A stretch of DNA of 64,000 nucleotides. Source: an uncultured Clostridium sp. GTDB taxonomy: Bacteria > Bacillota_I > Bacilli_A > RF39 > UBA660. The notes beneath the pieces were generated by a model. The model did no database searches, had not been told where the DNA came from, and was given only the letters and a program-made list of their open reading frames with translations. Location of the stretch: contig CAJKHY010000003.1 in assembly GCA_905199855.1 (NCBI GenBank), positions 6,823 to 70,822 of the forward strand. Direction: 5' to 3'. Numbering within the stretch: position 1 is the stretch's first letter; each line of letters opens with the position of its first letter. Below are positions 40,552 through 50,797 of this stretch, piece after piece. A program made the position numbers and the translations under genes.

Positions 40552-41328
40552 ATGGGTGTTGTAGGAGTTACTTTAAGTGATAATGGGAAAATTTATTATT
40601 TTTACGATAATAACTTACGATTGAAAAAAAATCTTACAGTAATTGTAGAAACAGAAAAAGGTTTACAGTTTGGTAAGGTAGTTAGTTTTATTGATCCTGA
40701 AAAGGTTGATAATAGAATTAAATATAAAAAAATAATTAGAATATCAACTAAAGCTGATTATTTACAACATTTAAATAATTTGAAGGATGCTGATCGTGCT
40801 ATTCAAAGATGTAATTATTTTGTTAATAAGAACAACCTTAATATGACTATTATGGATGCTTTTTATACTTTTGATAGGAGTCAGTTAATATTTCGCTTTA
40901 TTGCTGATGATAGGGTTGATTTTAGACAACTTGCTAAGGATTTAGGTTCTGCTTTTAAGACTAGAATAGAACTTAGGCAAGTTGGAATTCGTGATAAAGC
41001 AAGAGAAATTGGAGGAATTGGTCCTTGTGGTAGAAAATTATGTTGTACAACATTTTTAACTGATTTTGATTCTGTGTCAATTAATATGGCAAAGAATCAG
41101 TCTTTAGCTCTTAATCCGTCTAAGATAAATGGTAGTTGTGGAAGACTTTTATGTTGTTTAAAGTATGAAGATGATAATTATTTAGATTATAAAAAAGGTT
41201 TACCTGAAGTTGGTAGTATTGTAACAATAGAAGCTGGGAAAGGAAAAGTAGTATCAGTAAATTTGTTTAAGAGAAAGTATAATGTTTTTATAGAAGGTAC
41301 TGGTATTGTTACTGTTGAAGTGGAGTAG
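40552..41328 (+). CDS. yaaT: PSP1-domain protein (stage 0 sporulation protein YaaT homolog)
   Basis: PSP1 C-terminal Cys-rich block GPCGRKLCCTTFL…GSCGRLLCCLKYE. Confidence 0.8.
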   Translation: MGVVGVTLSDNGKIYYFYDNNLRLKKNLTVIVETEKGLQFGKVVSFIDPEKVDNRIKYKKIIRISTKADYLQHLNNLKDADRAIQRCNYFVNKNNLNMTIMDAFYTFDRSQLIFRFIADDRVDFRQLAKDLGSAFKTRIELRQVGIRDKAREIGGIGPCGRKLCCTTFLTDFDSVSINMAKNQSLALNPSKINGSCGRLLCCLKYEDDNYLDYKKGLPEVGSIVTIEAGKGKVVSVNLFKRKYNVFIEGTGIVTVEVE

Positions 41329-41329
41329 T

Positions 41330-42052
41330 ATGGAAGTTAAACATCGATTACTAAATTTCAGTAATAAAGTAATTTATCAAAATGATGATTGGTTTTTGTT
41401 TTCTTTAGATTCTTTATTACTTGCTAATTTTGTTACATTAAGAAAAAGTGATAAAAAAATACTTGATTTATGTACTGGAAATGCTCCAGTAGCAATGTTT
41501 CTTGCAATGAAGAGTAAGGCTTCAATAGTGGGTATTGAGTTGCAAAAAGAGATATATGATTTGGGAGAAAAATCGGTTATAGAAAATGCTATGGACAAGC
41601 AGATTACACTTATTAATGATGATATTAGAAATATTAGTAAGTACTATGAAACAGATAGTTTTGATGTTATAACTTGTAATCCGCCTTATTTTAAGGTTAA
41701 TGATACAAAGATGATAAATGATAATAAAATTAAGTCAATTGCTAGGCATGAGATTATGTGTAATTTAGATAGCATTTTGGAGATAAGTAAAAAAATGCTT
41801 AGGACAGGTGGTGTAATTGCGTTAGTTTATCCAGTTTCTAGATTAATTGAAATTATATATAAAATGAAAGAAAATAATATAGAGCCTAAGAAAATGCAAA
41901 TAATTTATCCTAAACAAGGAAAAAGTGCTAATTTGTTATTAATTGAAGGTGTTAAAAATGGAAAATCTAGTTTAAAAATTATGCCTCCTTTATATATCCA
42001 TAATGAAGACGGAAGTTATAAAGAGAATATTAGGAAAATGTTTCAGGAGTGA
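41330..42052 (+). CDS. SAM-dependent N6-adenine methyltransferase, YabB/tRNA1(Val) m6A37 MTase family
   Basis: DLCTGNAPVA SAM motif and NPPYF catalytic motif; start set at MEVKHRL (GGAG RBS). Confidence 0.7.
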   Translation: MEVKHRLLNFSNKVIYQNDDWFLFSLDSLLLANFVTLRKSDKKILDLCTGNAPVAMFLAMKSKASIVGIELQKEIYDLGEKSVIENAMDKQITLINDDIRNISKYYETDSFDVITCNPPYFKVNDTKMINDNKIKSIARHEIMCNLDSILEISKKMLRTGGVIALVYPVSRLIEIIYKMKENNIEPKKMQIIYPKQGKSANLLLIEGVKNGKSSLKIMPPLYIHNEDGSYKENIRKMFQE

Positions 42053-42056
42053 TTTT

Positions 42057-42899
42057 ATGTGGCAAAATAGTTATGATGGTAGTCCTACTTTATATTTAGT
42101 TCCAACGCCAATTGGTAATTTGGAAGATATGACTTTTAGGGCAATTGATATATTAAAAACTGTTAGTGTTATTTTTTGTGAAGATACACGTGTTACTTTA
42201 CAACTTCTTAATCATTTTGAGATAAAAAAGAAGTTAATTACTTTACATGACTACAATGAGGAAAAAGTAAAGGAAATATTGATTAAATATTTAGAAAATG
42301 GTGAGAGTGTTGCAATAGTTACTGACAGGGGTACTCCAATTATTAGTGATCCAGGACATAAAACTGTAGCATATGTGATAGAAAAAGGTTATAATGTTGT
42401 GTGTTTACCTGGTGCTTGCGCATTAGTTCCTGCGATTGTTACTTCTGGATTATCTACCGAGCATTTTATATTTTATGGTTTTTTAAATAGTAACAGTACT
42501 AAGAGAAAAAAGGAATTAATGGAATTAGAAAGTTTTCCTTATACTGTTATATTTTATGAAGCACCGCATAGAATAAAAAAGACTTTGTGTGATATGTATG
42601 AAATATTTGGTGATAGAAATATTTCTTTATCTAGGGAAATAAGCAAGAGGTATGAAAGTATTTATCATGGAAAATTGTCTAATTTAGTTCATAGTGATGT
42701 TGAAATTAAAGGTGAAATTGTTTTAGTAGTAGAGGGAAATAGTAATATATTTACTTTAAGTGATATGACTATAGTAGAAATGGTAAATATTTATATTAGT
42801 AATGGTTATAGTGTAATGGATGCAATTAAGAAAGTGGCTAAGGATACAGGTAAGAAAAAAAATGATATATATAAGGAATATCATGGAGGTGTGTCATGA
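42057..42899 (+). CDS. rsmI: 16S rRNA (cytidine1402-2'-O)-methyltransferase RsmI
   Basis: LYLVPTPIGNLEDMTFRA N-terminus typical of RsmI/YabC; tetrapyrrole-MTase fold. Confidence 0.85.
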   Translation: MWQNSYDGSPTLYLVPTPIGNLEDMTFRAIDILKTVSVIFCEDTRVTLQLLNHFEIKKKLITLHDYNEEKVKEILIKYLENGESVAIVTDRGTPIISDPGHKTVAYVIEKGYNVVCLPGACALVPAIVTSGLSTEHFIFYGFLNSNSTKRKKELMELESFPYTVIFYEAPHRIKKTLCDMYEIFGDRNISLSREISKRYESIYHGKLSNLVHSDVEIKGEIVLVVEGNSNIFTLSDMTIVEMVNIYISNGYSVMDAIKKVAKDTGKKKNDIYKEYHGGVS

Positions 42900-43444
42900 A
42901 AATAGTTTTTGGTTTGGGTAATGTAGGAAGAGAGTATGATAATACTAGACATAATATGGGTTTTATGTTTTTAGATTATTTATATCCTAATATTTCTTAT
43001 AAAAAAAAGTTTGATGGAATGTATGCTGAAGTTGTTATAGATAATGAGAAAATTTTATTGGTAAAACCGTGTAAGTATATGAATTTATCTGGAGAGGTAG
43101 TTTCTAGTTATATTGATTATTATAAAGTTGGTTTAGATGATATTTTGGTTATTCATGATGATTTAGATATGAATTTAGGCACTTTTAAGTTAACTTATAA
43201 TCATTCTAGTGGAGGTCATAATGGAATAAAGAATATTTTTAATAATATTAATTCCAATAATTATTTGAGATTAAAATTGGGAATATCTAAGAATGGTAAT
43301 GATATTATAGATTATGTGTTGGGTAAGTTTAATAAAGAAGAATGCAATGTAATAAATAATACATTTAGTAAGTTGGATAATATTGTTTATGATTTTGTTA
43401 AATTAGACAGAGACAAGCTTATGAATAAATATAATTCTATGTAA
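42896..43444 (+). CDS. pth: peptidyl-tRNA hydrolase
   Basis: MKIVFGLGNVGREYDNTRHNMGF and HNG motif. Confidence 0.9.
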   Translation: MKIVFGLGNVGREYDNTRHNMGFMFLDYLYPNISYKKKFDGMYAEVVIDNEKILLVKPCKYMNLSGEVVSSYIDYYKVGLDDILVIHDDLDMNLGTFKLTYNHSSGGHNGIKNIFNNINSNNYLRLKLGISKNGNDIIDYVLGKFNKEECNVINNTFSKLDNIVYDFVKLDRDKLMNKYNSM

Positions 43445-43507
43445 ATTTGACAAAAAACAAGCAAATGTGTTAGGATATGAACAAATTTGTTGAGAGGGGA
43501 AGTTAGT

Positions 43508-44545
43508 ATGAGATTAATAGTAAGACCATATATTGATGAGAATGGAGTTTTAAAAATTGCTAGTTTTGAAGTGAATAATTTAAAGGTTCCTGTTGAAATA
43601 TCTAAAAGAAGTTTTAATAGTATGGATGAAGTGGAAAATATTCTTAAATTAATGAAAAAGGAAACTAAAAGTAATCATAATTATGGAAGTTATAAGATAG
43701 AGAGAAATGGTGTTAAAAATTTAGTATTTAAGCCTTCTGCATACGATAAGTTGAGAAATGGTTTTATACTTGAGAAGTGTTCTATTAAATCAACAAAACA
43801 TAGTAAAAATGAAGATGCTACAACAATACTAAAAAAAGGTAATAATTATTTATTGATGGTATGTGATGGTGTCGGTGGTGTTAGAGGTGGTGAAATCGCA
43901 TCAAATATGGTTGTTGATAATATGTCTAAATTCTTTTTAACTTATGATTTTTCTAAGGTAGATAACACTAATGATGTTGTTAATGATTTTGCTTACAAGA
44001 TAAAAGAAATTTCTAATGAATTAGCTAGTCTATTTAGAGATAATCCCTTAACGACTTTGAATATGGCGATTGTTTTGGAAAATGAGACAGAGATATTTAA
44101 TGTTGGAGATTCAAGATGTTATGCTATTGGTAATGATAATAATATTAAGTTAGTAACAAGTGATCATTCTTTTGTATGGAATAATTATATTAAGACTAAT
44201 AAATTAGGTGTTGATGATTTGAGGTTTACTCCTGGAAATAATATTATTACTAGTTCTATTGGTGATTTTATGGGTCCTAAGATAGATGTTTATTGGCTTA
44301 ATAATAATGATTATAAGGCTTTAATATTATGTAGTGATGGAGTTAGTGATGTTTTATCTAGTAGAGAGATTAGGGATACAGTTATTAATAATAAAGATAA
44401 TATTGCTAATAAAATGGTTGGTTTAGTTAGAAGCAAGACTGGTTATAATTACTTAGACGTGCAAAGATGTAGGGAATTATTTGCTAATGTTGATCAAAAT
44501 TATGTTAAAGATGATGATGCTAGTGTTGTAGTTTTTAAGAAATAG
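43508..44545 (+). CDS. PP2C-family Ser/Thr protein phosphatase with a ~110-aa N-terminal extension
   Basis: LMVCDGVGGVRGGEIAS, VGDSRCYAI, LCSDGVSD metal-binding blocks; no kinase gene adjacent. Confidence 0.65.
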   Translation: MRLIVRPYIDENGVLKIASFEVNNLKVPVEISKRSFNSMDEVENILKLMKKETKSNHNYGSYKIERNGVKNLVFKPSAYDKLRNGFILEKCSIKSTKHSKNEDATTILKKGNNYLLMVCDGVGGVRGGEIASNMVVDNMSKFFLTYDFSKVDNTNDVVNDFAYKIKEISNELASLFRDNPLTTLNMAIVLENETEIFNVGDSRCYAIGNDNNIKLVTSDHSFVWNNYIKTNKLGVDDLRFTPGNNIITSSIGDFMGPKIDVYWLNNNDYKALILCSDGVSDVLSSREIRDTVINNKDNIANKMVGLVRSKTGYNYLDVQRCRELFANVDQNYVKDDDASVVVFKK

Positions 44546-44606
44546 TAAAAAATATATAAATTTAAGTTAGATACAATTGATTTTGTATCTTTTTGTGGGT
44601 GATATA

Positions 44607-47600
44607 ATGAAATTATTTGATAATCTATTTAAACAAGATAATGATAATTATTATGGTGTTGTTGGTTTAAACAAAGAAACTAATTATATATATATTTATA
44701 ATAAGTTTTTAAATAATAATAAGAATGTTTTAGTTCTTGCTAGTAGTTTGTATGAAGCATCGTATGTTTATCAGGGAATACTTAATTATACTGATAAAGT
44801 ATTGTTTTTTCCAATGGATGATTTTATTACAAGCGAGGCTGTATCAATTAGTCCTGAATTTAAGGTTGAAAGAATTAATACTATTAATAAGTTAATTACT
44901 AATGATAAATATATTGTAGTTACTAATTTAATGGGATTTTTAAGATATCTACCCAATAAGAAAACTTGGCTAAACAGTATAGTTCATTTGAGCGTTAATG
45001 ATAAAATTGATAGGAATAAATTATTGGAATCTTTTTATAATTTAGGTTATGAAGTAGATAATTTGGTTAGTAAGACTGGTAGTATAGCTTCACGAGGATA
45101 TATCATTGATATTTTTCCTATTGGAGAAGAATATCCTGTTAGAATAGAATTATGGGGAAATGTTATCGATAGTATTAGATATTTTGATGTTGATACGCAG
45201 TTATCTACTAAGCATTTAAAAAAAATAACAGTTATGCCTACTAGTGAATTTTTATTAAATAAATATGATGAAGATATTGTTAGAAAACAAAAATATTTAA
45301 AACATTATGCTAATGATATTGAGTCATTAAGTGATTATATGAATGATTATGTTTGTTTTTATTATGATTATAGTCAAATTAAAGCTAGTTATGAAAAGAT
45401 AATGAGTGATATAGTTGATTATAATGCTAGAAATAATAACGAGTTTGAGACTGATTATATGTTTCATTTAGAAGAAATTAATGTTAAAAACGAGATATTT
45501 TTGATGAATATAGATAACTTATCTAATTTAGAATTGAAGAAGTATAAGGTAAGTGATATTGTTAATTATAATGAAGATATTGAAGCTTTGAAAAAAAGTG
45601 TTAATAAGTATGTTACTAGTGGTAAAACTGTTGTTATTGCTGTAACTAATAGAAATATTTTTAATAAGATAAGAGATAATATGGATGTTTTAATTACTAA
45701 TGAAGATAAAATAGTTAGTAATAAAGTTAATTTAATTAATAAAAAAATAGGCAATGGTTTTGTTATTAATGATTTAGTAGTAATTAGTGAATTTGATTTA
45801 TATAAGGTTAAAGAAAAAAATTATACTTATAAGAGTAAATATAAACTTGGTACTAAAGTAAAAGATATTAACAATATTCATAATGGTGATTATATTGTTC
45901 ATGAGATACATGGTATTGGTCAATATGAGGGAATTGTTACTTTAAACAAGAATGGTTATCTTAAAGATTATATAAAACTTCTTTATAATAAGGGAGATGT
46001 TTTGTATTTACCTGTTGAGAAAATAGATAGAATTAGTTTGTATTCGGCTAAAGAAGGACATATTCCTAAGATTAATACTTTAGGTAGTGGAGATTTTATT
46101 AAGAAAAAATTAGCTTTGAAGAAAAAATTTGAAGACATTGCTTCTAAGTTGTTAAAAATATATGCAATGCGTGAGAGTCAAAGTGGATATGCTTTTAGTC
46201 ATGATGATGAGAATCAAGTGATGTTTGAAAGTGAATTTATGTATGAGGAGACTGAGGACCAGTTAAATGCTGTTAAAAAAATTAAGGAAGAAATGGAAAA
46301 AAGTAAACCAATGGATATGCTTTTATGTGGAGATGTTGGTTATGGTAAAACAGAGGTTGCGTTTAGAGCAATGTTTAAGGCTGTTAATGATGGCAAGCAA
46401 GTTGCTTATTTGTGTCCTACAACGATTCTTTCTAGTCAACAATATAATAATGCTCTTATTAGATTTAAAAATTTTCCTATTAATATTGCTTTAATGAATA
46501 GGTTTGTCAGTAAGGGTGAACAAAATATAATACTTCAAAAACTAAAGGATGGAAAAATTGATATTTTATTCGGTACGCATCGTATTTTATCTAATGATAT
46601 TGTTTTTAAAGATTTGGGTTTGCTTGTAATAGACGAGGAGCAAAGATTTGGGGTTAAACATAAGGAAAAAATTAAAGAGTATAAGAATAATATAGATGTT
46701 TTAACGTTAAGTGCTACGCCTATACCAAGGACGCTTCAAATGTCGATAGCTGGGATTAGAAGTCTTGCTTTAATTGAAACTCCTCCTGTTGATAGATTAC
46801 CTATTCAAACTTATGTCTTGCCTTTAAATGATAGTGTAGTTAAAGATGCAATATATAAGGAATTGGCAAGACAAGGACAGGCATTTATTTTGTATAATAA
46901 AATAGAAGATATTGAGTTAGAGGTAGAAAAAATTAAGTCTTTAGTTCCTGAGGCTAGGGTTAGTTATGCCCATGGACAAATGAGTAAGGAAATGTTAGAA
47001 GATAGAATGCAAGATTTTATTAATTATAAGAGCGATGTTATGGTGTGTACAACAATCATTGAAACAGGTATTGATATACCTAATGTTAATACTTTAATTA
47101 TAAAGGATGCTGATCTTTTTGGTTTATCACAGTTATATCAAATAAGAGGACGAATTGGAAGAAGTAGTAAAATAGGTTATGCATATTTGATGTATGATAA
47201 TAGAAAAGAATTAAATGATATTGCGGTGAAAAGGTTGCAGGCAATTAAAGAATTTACGGAACTTGGTAGTGGATTTAAGATTGCTATGAGAGATTTGTCA
47301 ATTCGTGGTGTTGGTGATATTCTTGGAAGTGAACAGTCTGGTTTTGTTGAATCAGTGGGAATTGATTTATATATGAAATTATTAAATGATGAGATTAATA
47401 AGTTAAAAGGTATTGAAGTAGTTGATGAAGATAATGTTGAGGACTCGAAACCACTTATTGACATTGCTACGCATATTAGTAGTGATTATACAGTAAATGA
47501 TGATATTAAAATAGAAATGCATAAGAAAATTAATGAAGTTGATAGTTATGCTAAGTTACTTAAATTAAAAGATGAGTTGGATGATAGGTTTGGAACTGTT

Positions 47601-47903
47601 ACTAAGGATATGGAAATATATATGTATGAGGAATGGTTTGAGAAATTAGCTAAGAAACTTTCTATTCAAAAGGTTAATCAAACTAAGAATTATATTGAGT
47701 TAATATTACCTAGTGAAATTAGTAATAAAATTGATGGTGAGAAGTTATTTATGGATGCTTATAAGATAAGTAGGATGTTTAGATTTAATTATAAGAATGG
47801 TAATATTAGTATTATTCTTGATACGGTTAAGTTAGAAAATCATTTTTTTGTATATTTAAATAATTTATTAGAAGTAATAATTAAAGACATAGAAAAAAAG
47901 TAA
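44607..47903 (+). CDS. mfd: transcription-repair coupling factor Mfd
   Basis: SF2 helicase motifs GDVGYGKTEVA, DEEQRFG; TRG region; ~1100 aa. Confidence 0.9.
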   Translation: MKLFDNLFKQDNDNYYGVVGLNKETNYIYIYNKFLNNNKNVLVLASSLYEASYVYQGILNYTDKVLFFPMDDFITSEAVSISPEFKVERINTINKLITNDKYIVVTNLMGFLRYLPNKKTWLNSIVHLSVNDKIDRNKLLESFYNLGYEVDNLVSKTGSIASRGYIIDIFPIGEEYPVRIELWGNVIDSIRYFDVDTQLSTKHLKKITVMPTSEFLLNKYDEDIVRKQKYLKHYANDIESLSDYMNDYVCFYYDYSQIKASYEKIMSDIVDYNARNNNEFETDYMFHLEEINVKNEIFLMNIDNLSNLELKKYKVSDIVNYNEDIEALKKSVNKYVTSGKTVVIAVTNRNIFNKIRDNMDVLITNEDKIVSNKVNLINKKIGNGFVINDLVVISEFDLYKVKEKNYTYKSKYKLGTKVKDINNIHNGDYIVHEIHGIGQYEGIVTLNKNGYLKDYIKLLYNKGDVLYLPVEKIDRISLYSAKEGHIPKINTLGSGDFIKKKLALKKKFEDIASKLLKIYAMRESQSGYAFSHDDENQVMFESEFMYEETEDQLNAVKKIKEEMEKSKPMDMLLCGDVGYGKTEVAFRAMFKAVNDGKQVAYLCPTTILSSQQYNNALIRFKNFPINIALMNRFVSKGEQNIILQKLKDGKIDILFGTHRILSNDIVFKDLGLLVIDEEQRFGVKHKEKIKEYKNNIDVLTLSATPIPRTLQMSIAGIRSLALIETPPVDRLPIQTYVLPLNDSVVKDAIYKELARQGQAFILYNKIEDIELEVEKIKSLVPEARVSYAHGQMSKEMLEDRMQDFINYKSDVMVCTTIIETGIDIPNVNTLIIKDADLFGLSQLYQIRGRIGRSSKIGYAYLMYDNRKELNDIAVKRLQAIKEFTELGSGFKIAMRDLSIRGVGDILGSEQSGFVESVGIDLYMKLLNDEINKLKGIEVVDEDNVEDSKPLIDIATHISSDYTVNDDIKIEMHKKINEVDSYAKLLKLKDELDDRFGTVTKDMEIYMYEEWFEKLAKKLSIQKVNQTKNYIELILPSEISNKIDGEKLFMDAYKISRMFRFNYKNGNISIILDTVKLENHFFVYLNNLLEVIIKDIEKK

Positions 47904-47928
47904 GTATTCTTGTTAATACTTGCTTTTT
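47902..47928. terminator. terminator hairpin between convergent mfd and ppa
   Basis: AAGTATT-cttgtt-AATACTT followed by GCTTTTT. Confidence 0.55.
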
Positions 47929-47964
47929 GCTATGCTGATACTTTAAAGTGATTTTTATTTTAAA

Positions 47965-48711
47965 TTAGTTTTCTTTTTTTGTGTTTTGATATGTTTTAAT
48001 AATTGTTTTTTCTAAATAATTTAAGAATTCTTTGTCGGCAACAATATCACTTATATTACTTTCATTAAATACAACATGATATTTGTTTTGGCGCTCTATA
48101 ATTTTAATATTTTCAATAGTTTTATTATTGCTTAAGATAATATTACAAATCGCTTTACAATTTCTATTTTGGTTATTGTTTAAAAAGAATTTTATTTTTT
48201 CTATTTGTACTTTGTTTAGATTTTCTTTGTTTTTGTATCTTTGTTGACAATTTTCTATTATTTCTAAGGCTTCTTCAGTATCGTGATAATTTAATACTTC
48301 AACGGGAATGTTTTGGAGTGTTTTGTAGTTTGAAAAGAAGTCTTTTATTTCTTCTAGGATAAATTTTGGCATATCATTTAGGGTGTTAATTTCATTATAT
48401 CTAGGATCAACATTTACTACAGAAATTATTTTGTAATCTTCATGTCCATTGTCAATAACTTCTAGATAGCCAATAACTCTGGCTTCAACAATACATCCAG
48501 GGAAAGTTGGAGCAGAAGATACTAATAAGATGTCTAATGGATCTCCGTCTAAGGCTAAGGTGTTTTCAATGTATCCATATTCTACAGGATAATTCATGGC
48601 AGAGTAGAGTACTCTATCTAATCTAATTTTGCCTGTTGTTTCATCAATTTCAAATTTATTTTTAGTATTAAGTGGTATTTCAATTATTGCATCAACGATA
48701 TTATTTTTCAT
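47965..48711 (-). CDS. ppa: family I inorganic pyrophosphatase with a ~75-aa C-terminal extension
   Basis: First ~170 aa match soluble PPase (…DGDPLDILLVS…); the K/N-rich tail has no counterpart in canonical Ppa. Confidence 0.7.
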   Translation of the reverse strand: MKNNIVDAIIEIPLNTKNKFEIDETTGKIRLDRVLYSAMNYPVEYGYIENTLALDGDPLDILLVSSAPTFPGCIVEARVIGYLEVIDNGHEDYKIISVVNVDPRYNEINTLNDMPKFILEEIKDFFSNYKTLQNIPVEVLNYHDTEEALEIIENCQQRYKNKENLNKVQIEKIKFFLNNNQNRNCKAICNIILSNNKTIENIKIIERQNKYHVVFNESNISDIVADKEFLNYLEKTIIKTYQNTKKEN

Positions 48712-48771
48712 ATTTCACCTCGGTTTATTTTGTATATCAAATATAGCATATTTAAGTTTAAAAGTCAATTT

Positions 48772-49434
48772 TTAATGGGGTGATTTTAAGATATTGTAGG
48801 GAATAGTTATATTATAATTACCATAGTAATAAGGGGCTATTTGGTATCTGTCAAAAAAAATTATTATGCCTTCTTTTGAAAATAGAATGTGTTTATAGTT
48901 ATTTAATGTTGCTTTGGTTCCTTCTTTTAACATGTTTAGAACTGTTTTATTTTGAAATATCTTTTTTTGAGAAAGATTTTGATATGTATAGTTTGCTATG
49001 TTATTTAAAATAATTTGATTATTATTAATGATATTGTCGATGGTAATAAATTTATTTTCTTTATAGTCATAGTTAATTGTCCATATTTTATGTATCGGAT
49101 GGGCTCCTAGAAAATATGTTTCGGTAAAGAAAATGTAAGAGATAATTGTTTTATAAGAATATGATTTATAATTAATTATTAAGTAATATGTTGTCTTTTC
49201 TTCGTTTAAGGTAATTTTGGCAAAATCATTGATTTGATTAGTTATAAATTCTTTGATCTTTTTATTTAGTTTAGCATAGTTGGTAGAGGGATAAACTATT
49301 TTAATAGTATTTTTTTGATAATTAGTGTCATTAATTTTGTTGTTAGTTTTTCTTTTTTTTAAAAATACGATAGATAATGATAACAGCATAGCAAAAATGA
49401 AAAAATAAATAATATATTTTTTTAAGTCATTCAT
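48772..49434 (-). CDS. membrane-anchored protein, DUF3298/DUF4163 (RsiV/PdaC-N-like) by composition
   Basis: N-terminal signal anchor; GAHP and YQIAPYYYG motifs. Confidence 0.35.
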   Translation of the reverse strand: MNDLKKYIIYFFIFAMLLSLSIVFLKKRKTNNKINDTNYQKNTIKIVYPSTNYAKLNKKIKEFITNQINDFAKITLNEEKTTYYLIINYKSYSYKTIISYIFFTETYFLGAHPIHKIWTINYDYKENKFITIDNIINNNQIILNNIANYTYQNLSQKKIFQNKTVLNMLKEGTKATLNNYKHILFSKEGIIIFFDRYQIAPYYYGNYNITIPYNILKSPH

Positions 49435-50027
49435 GTTATATTATATGATATTTTCTTTTTTTTATTTTATCTAATAATTAGTTAAAATTTATACTATAAT
49501 CTATATTAGAAGGAAGTATGTTGATTATGAAAAAATATGTAGTAATCCAAAATTATTGGTCATAATCTTCATAATACTGCTTTGTTATATCTTGTATTAG
49601 TACTTTTAATGTACATACTATAATTGGAAATTGACTTGATTTTATTACTAGTGGTTGTTTAGTGTTGTTTTTATATTATATTTTGATTATTTCTAAAAAG
49701 CATATTAATTTAACTACAAAGAAACAAAATGCTATTTAAATACTAATATTATCTAACTATATACCTTTATTTGCTTTATTAATTATTAGGTTAGTAATTA
49801 TATTCTATTCTAAAAATAAAAGTATTATTAAGCCTAATATAATGAGTATAGTATGTATATTATTTTATATTATTTGTTTAATAGGTTCTGTTAATAATTT
49901 GTCAACTTATGAAACAATTAAAATTAATGTGTTATTAAATTTATTATAGAAACAATATATTATATACTAGTAATATTATATTTTAGGTTATATGGACTTA
50001 ATAGATTAGATAAATTGGAGGCAAAAA

Positions 50028-50430
50028 ATGAAGGATAATTTTTTTGATGGTTTAGAAGATGCTAAAGAAAGTATAAAAACAAGATTTGTTAATTGTGGAA
50101 GAGAAGCAAATGATTTAGAAAAAGGATGTCCTTATTGTGATAATTTGAAGGAATATAATACAGAAAAATTTAATATGAGATTAGAATATATTATGAGAGA
50201 AAAAAATACTATTTCAAATATTTTAAAGTATCGCTTGGGTAATTGTTGGATTAGGTTTTGTCCTTGGTTTTATATTAGGAAAAAATCAATATGATGAAAT
50301 AGAATTTGGTTCGTTAATAACTATATGGTTAATTTATGGTGGCATATCACTAGGAATATTTGCCCTAGCGGAAATAATACAAATATTACACATATTAGAT
50401 TTAAAGTTTGGATTAAAAACAAAATGGTAA
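50028..50430 (+). pseudogene. small Cys-rich (CX11CXXC) protein whose hydrophobic C-terminal half is in the +1 frame; frameshifted gene or sequencing error
   Basis: Frame 1 is the 88-aa ORF 50028-50294. An overlapping frame continues from about 50230 as IVGLGFVLGFILGKNQYDEIEFGSLITIWLIYGGISLGIFALAEIIQ… to 50430, with no start of its own. Confidence 0.4.
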
Positions 50431-50518
50431 ATAACGAAATAATCTAAAGTACTTTTAATTAAGTGCTTTTATTATTACATTAATATTTATTTTAAAAAGA
50501 GGTTGTAAAGTGTTAATG

Positions 50519-50546
50519 TAAATTAAGAAAAAGTACTATTGCTAGT
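50519..50546 (-). terminator. terminator downstream of tRNA-Trp
   Basis: AGTACTA-ttgc-TAGTACT palindrome followed on the minus strand by TTTTT. Confidence 0.55.
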
Positions 50547-50611
50547 ACTTAATCAAGTTATATGTTACACAAACCATTCTATAAAGTATAAAAGTTTGTG
50601 TTATTTTCTAA

Positions 50612-50684
50612 TGGCAGGGGATGAGAGAATCGAACTCCCAACAGTGGTTTTGGAGACCATTATTATACCATTTAACTAATCCCC
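50612..50684 (-). tRNA. tRNA-Trp (anticodon CCA)
   Basis: Reverse complement GGGGATTAGTTAAATGGTATAATAATGGTCTCCAAAACCACTGTTGGGAGTTCGATTCTCTCATCCCCTGCCA. T-loop GTTCGATTC; anticodon loop CTCCAAA; encoded CCA end. Confidence 0.85.
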
Positions 50685-50797
50685 TAAAAATATTTGGTAT
50701 ATATAATTTATCATATATTTCTTTTTTTTTCAATACAATATAATAAAAAAATAAAAAATTCATATAATTTTCTTGTAAAGTGGAAAAAGGTGATAAA

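Noticed and set aside
49440-50027. 590-bp AT-rich gene-free interval searched for ncRNA/tRNA/small ORFs
   Set aside because: Only weak hairpins and a 12-codon ORF; nothing with recognisable structure or signals beyond divergent promoters.
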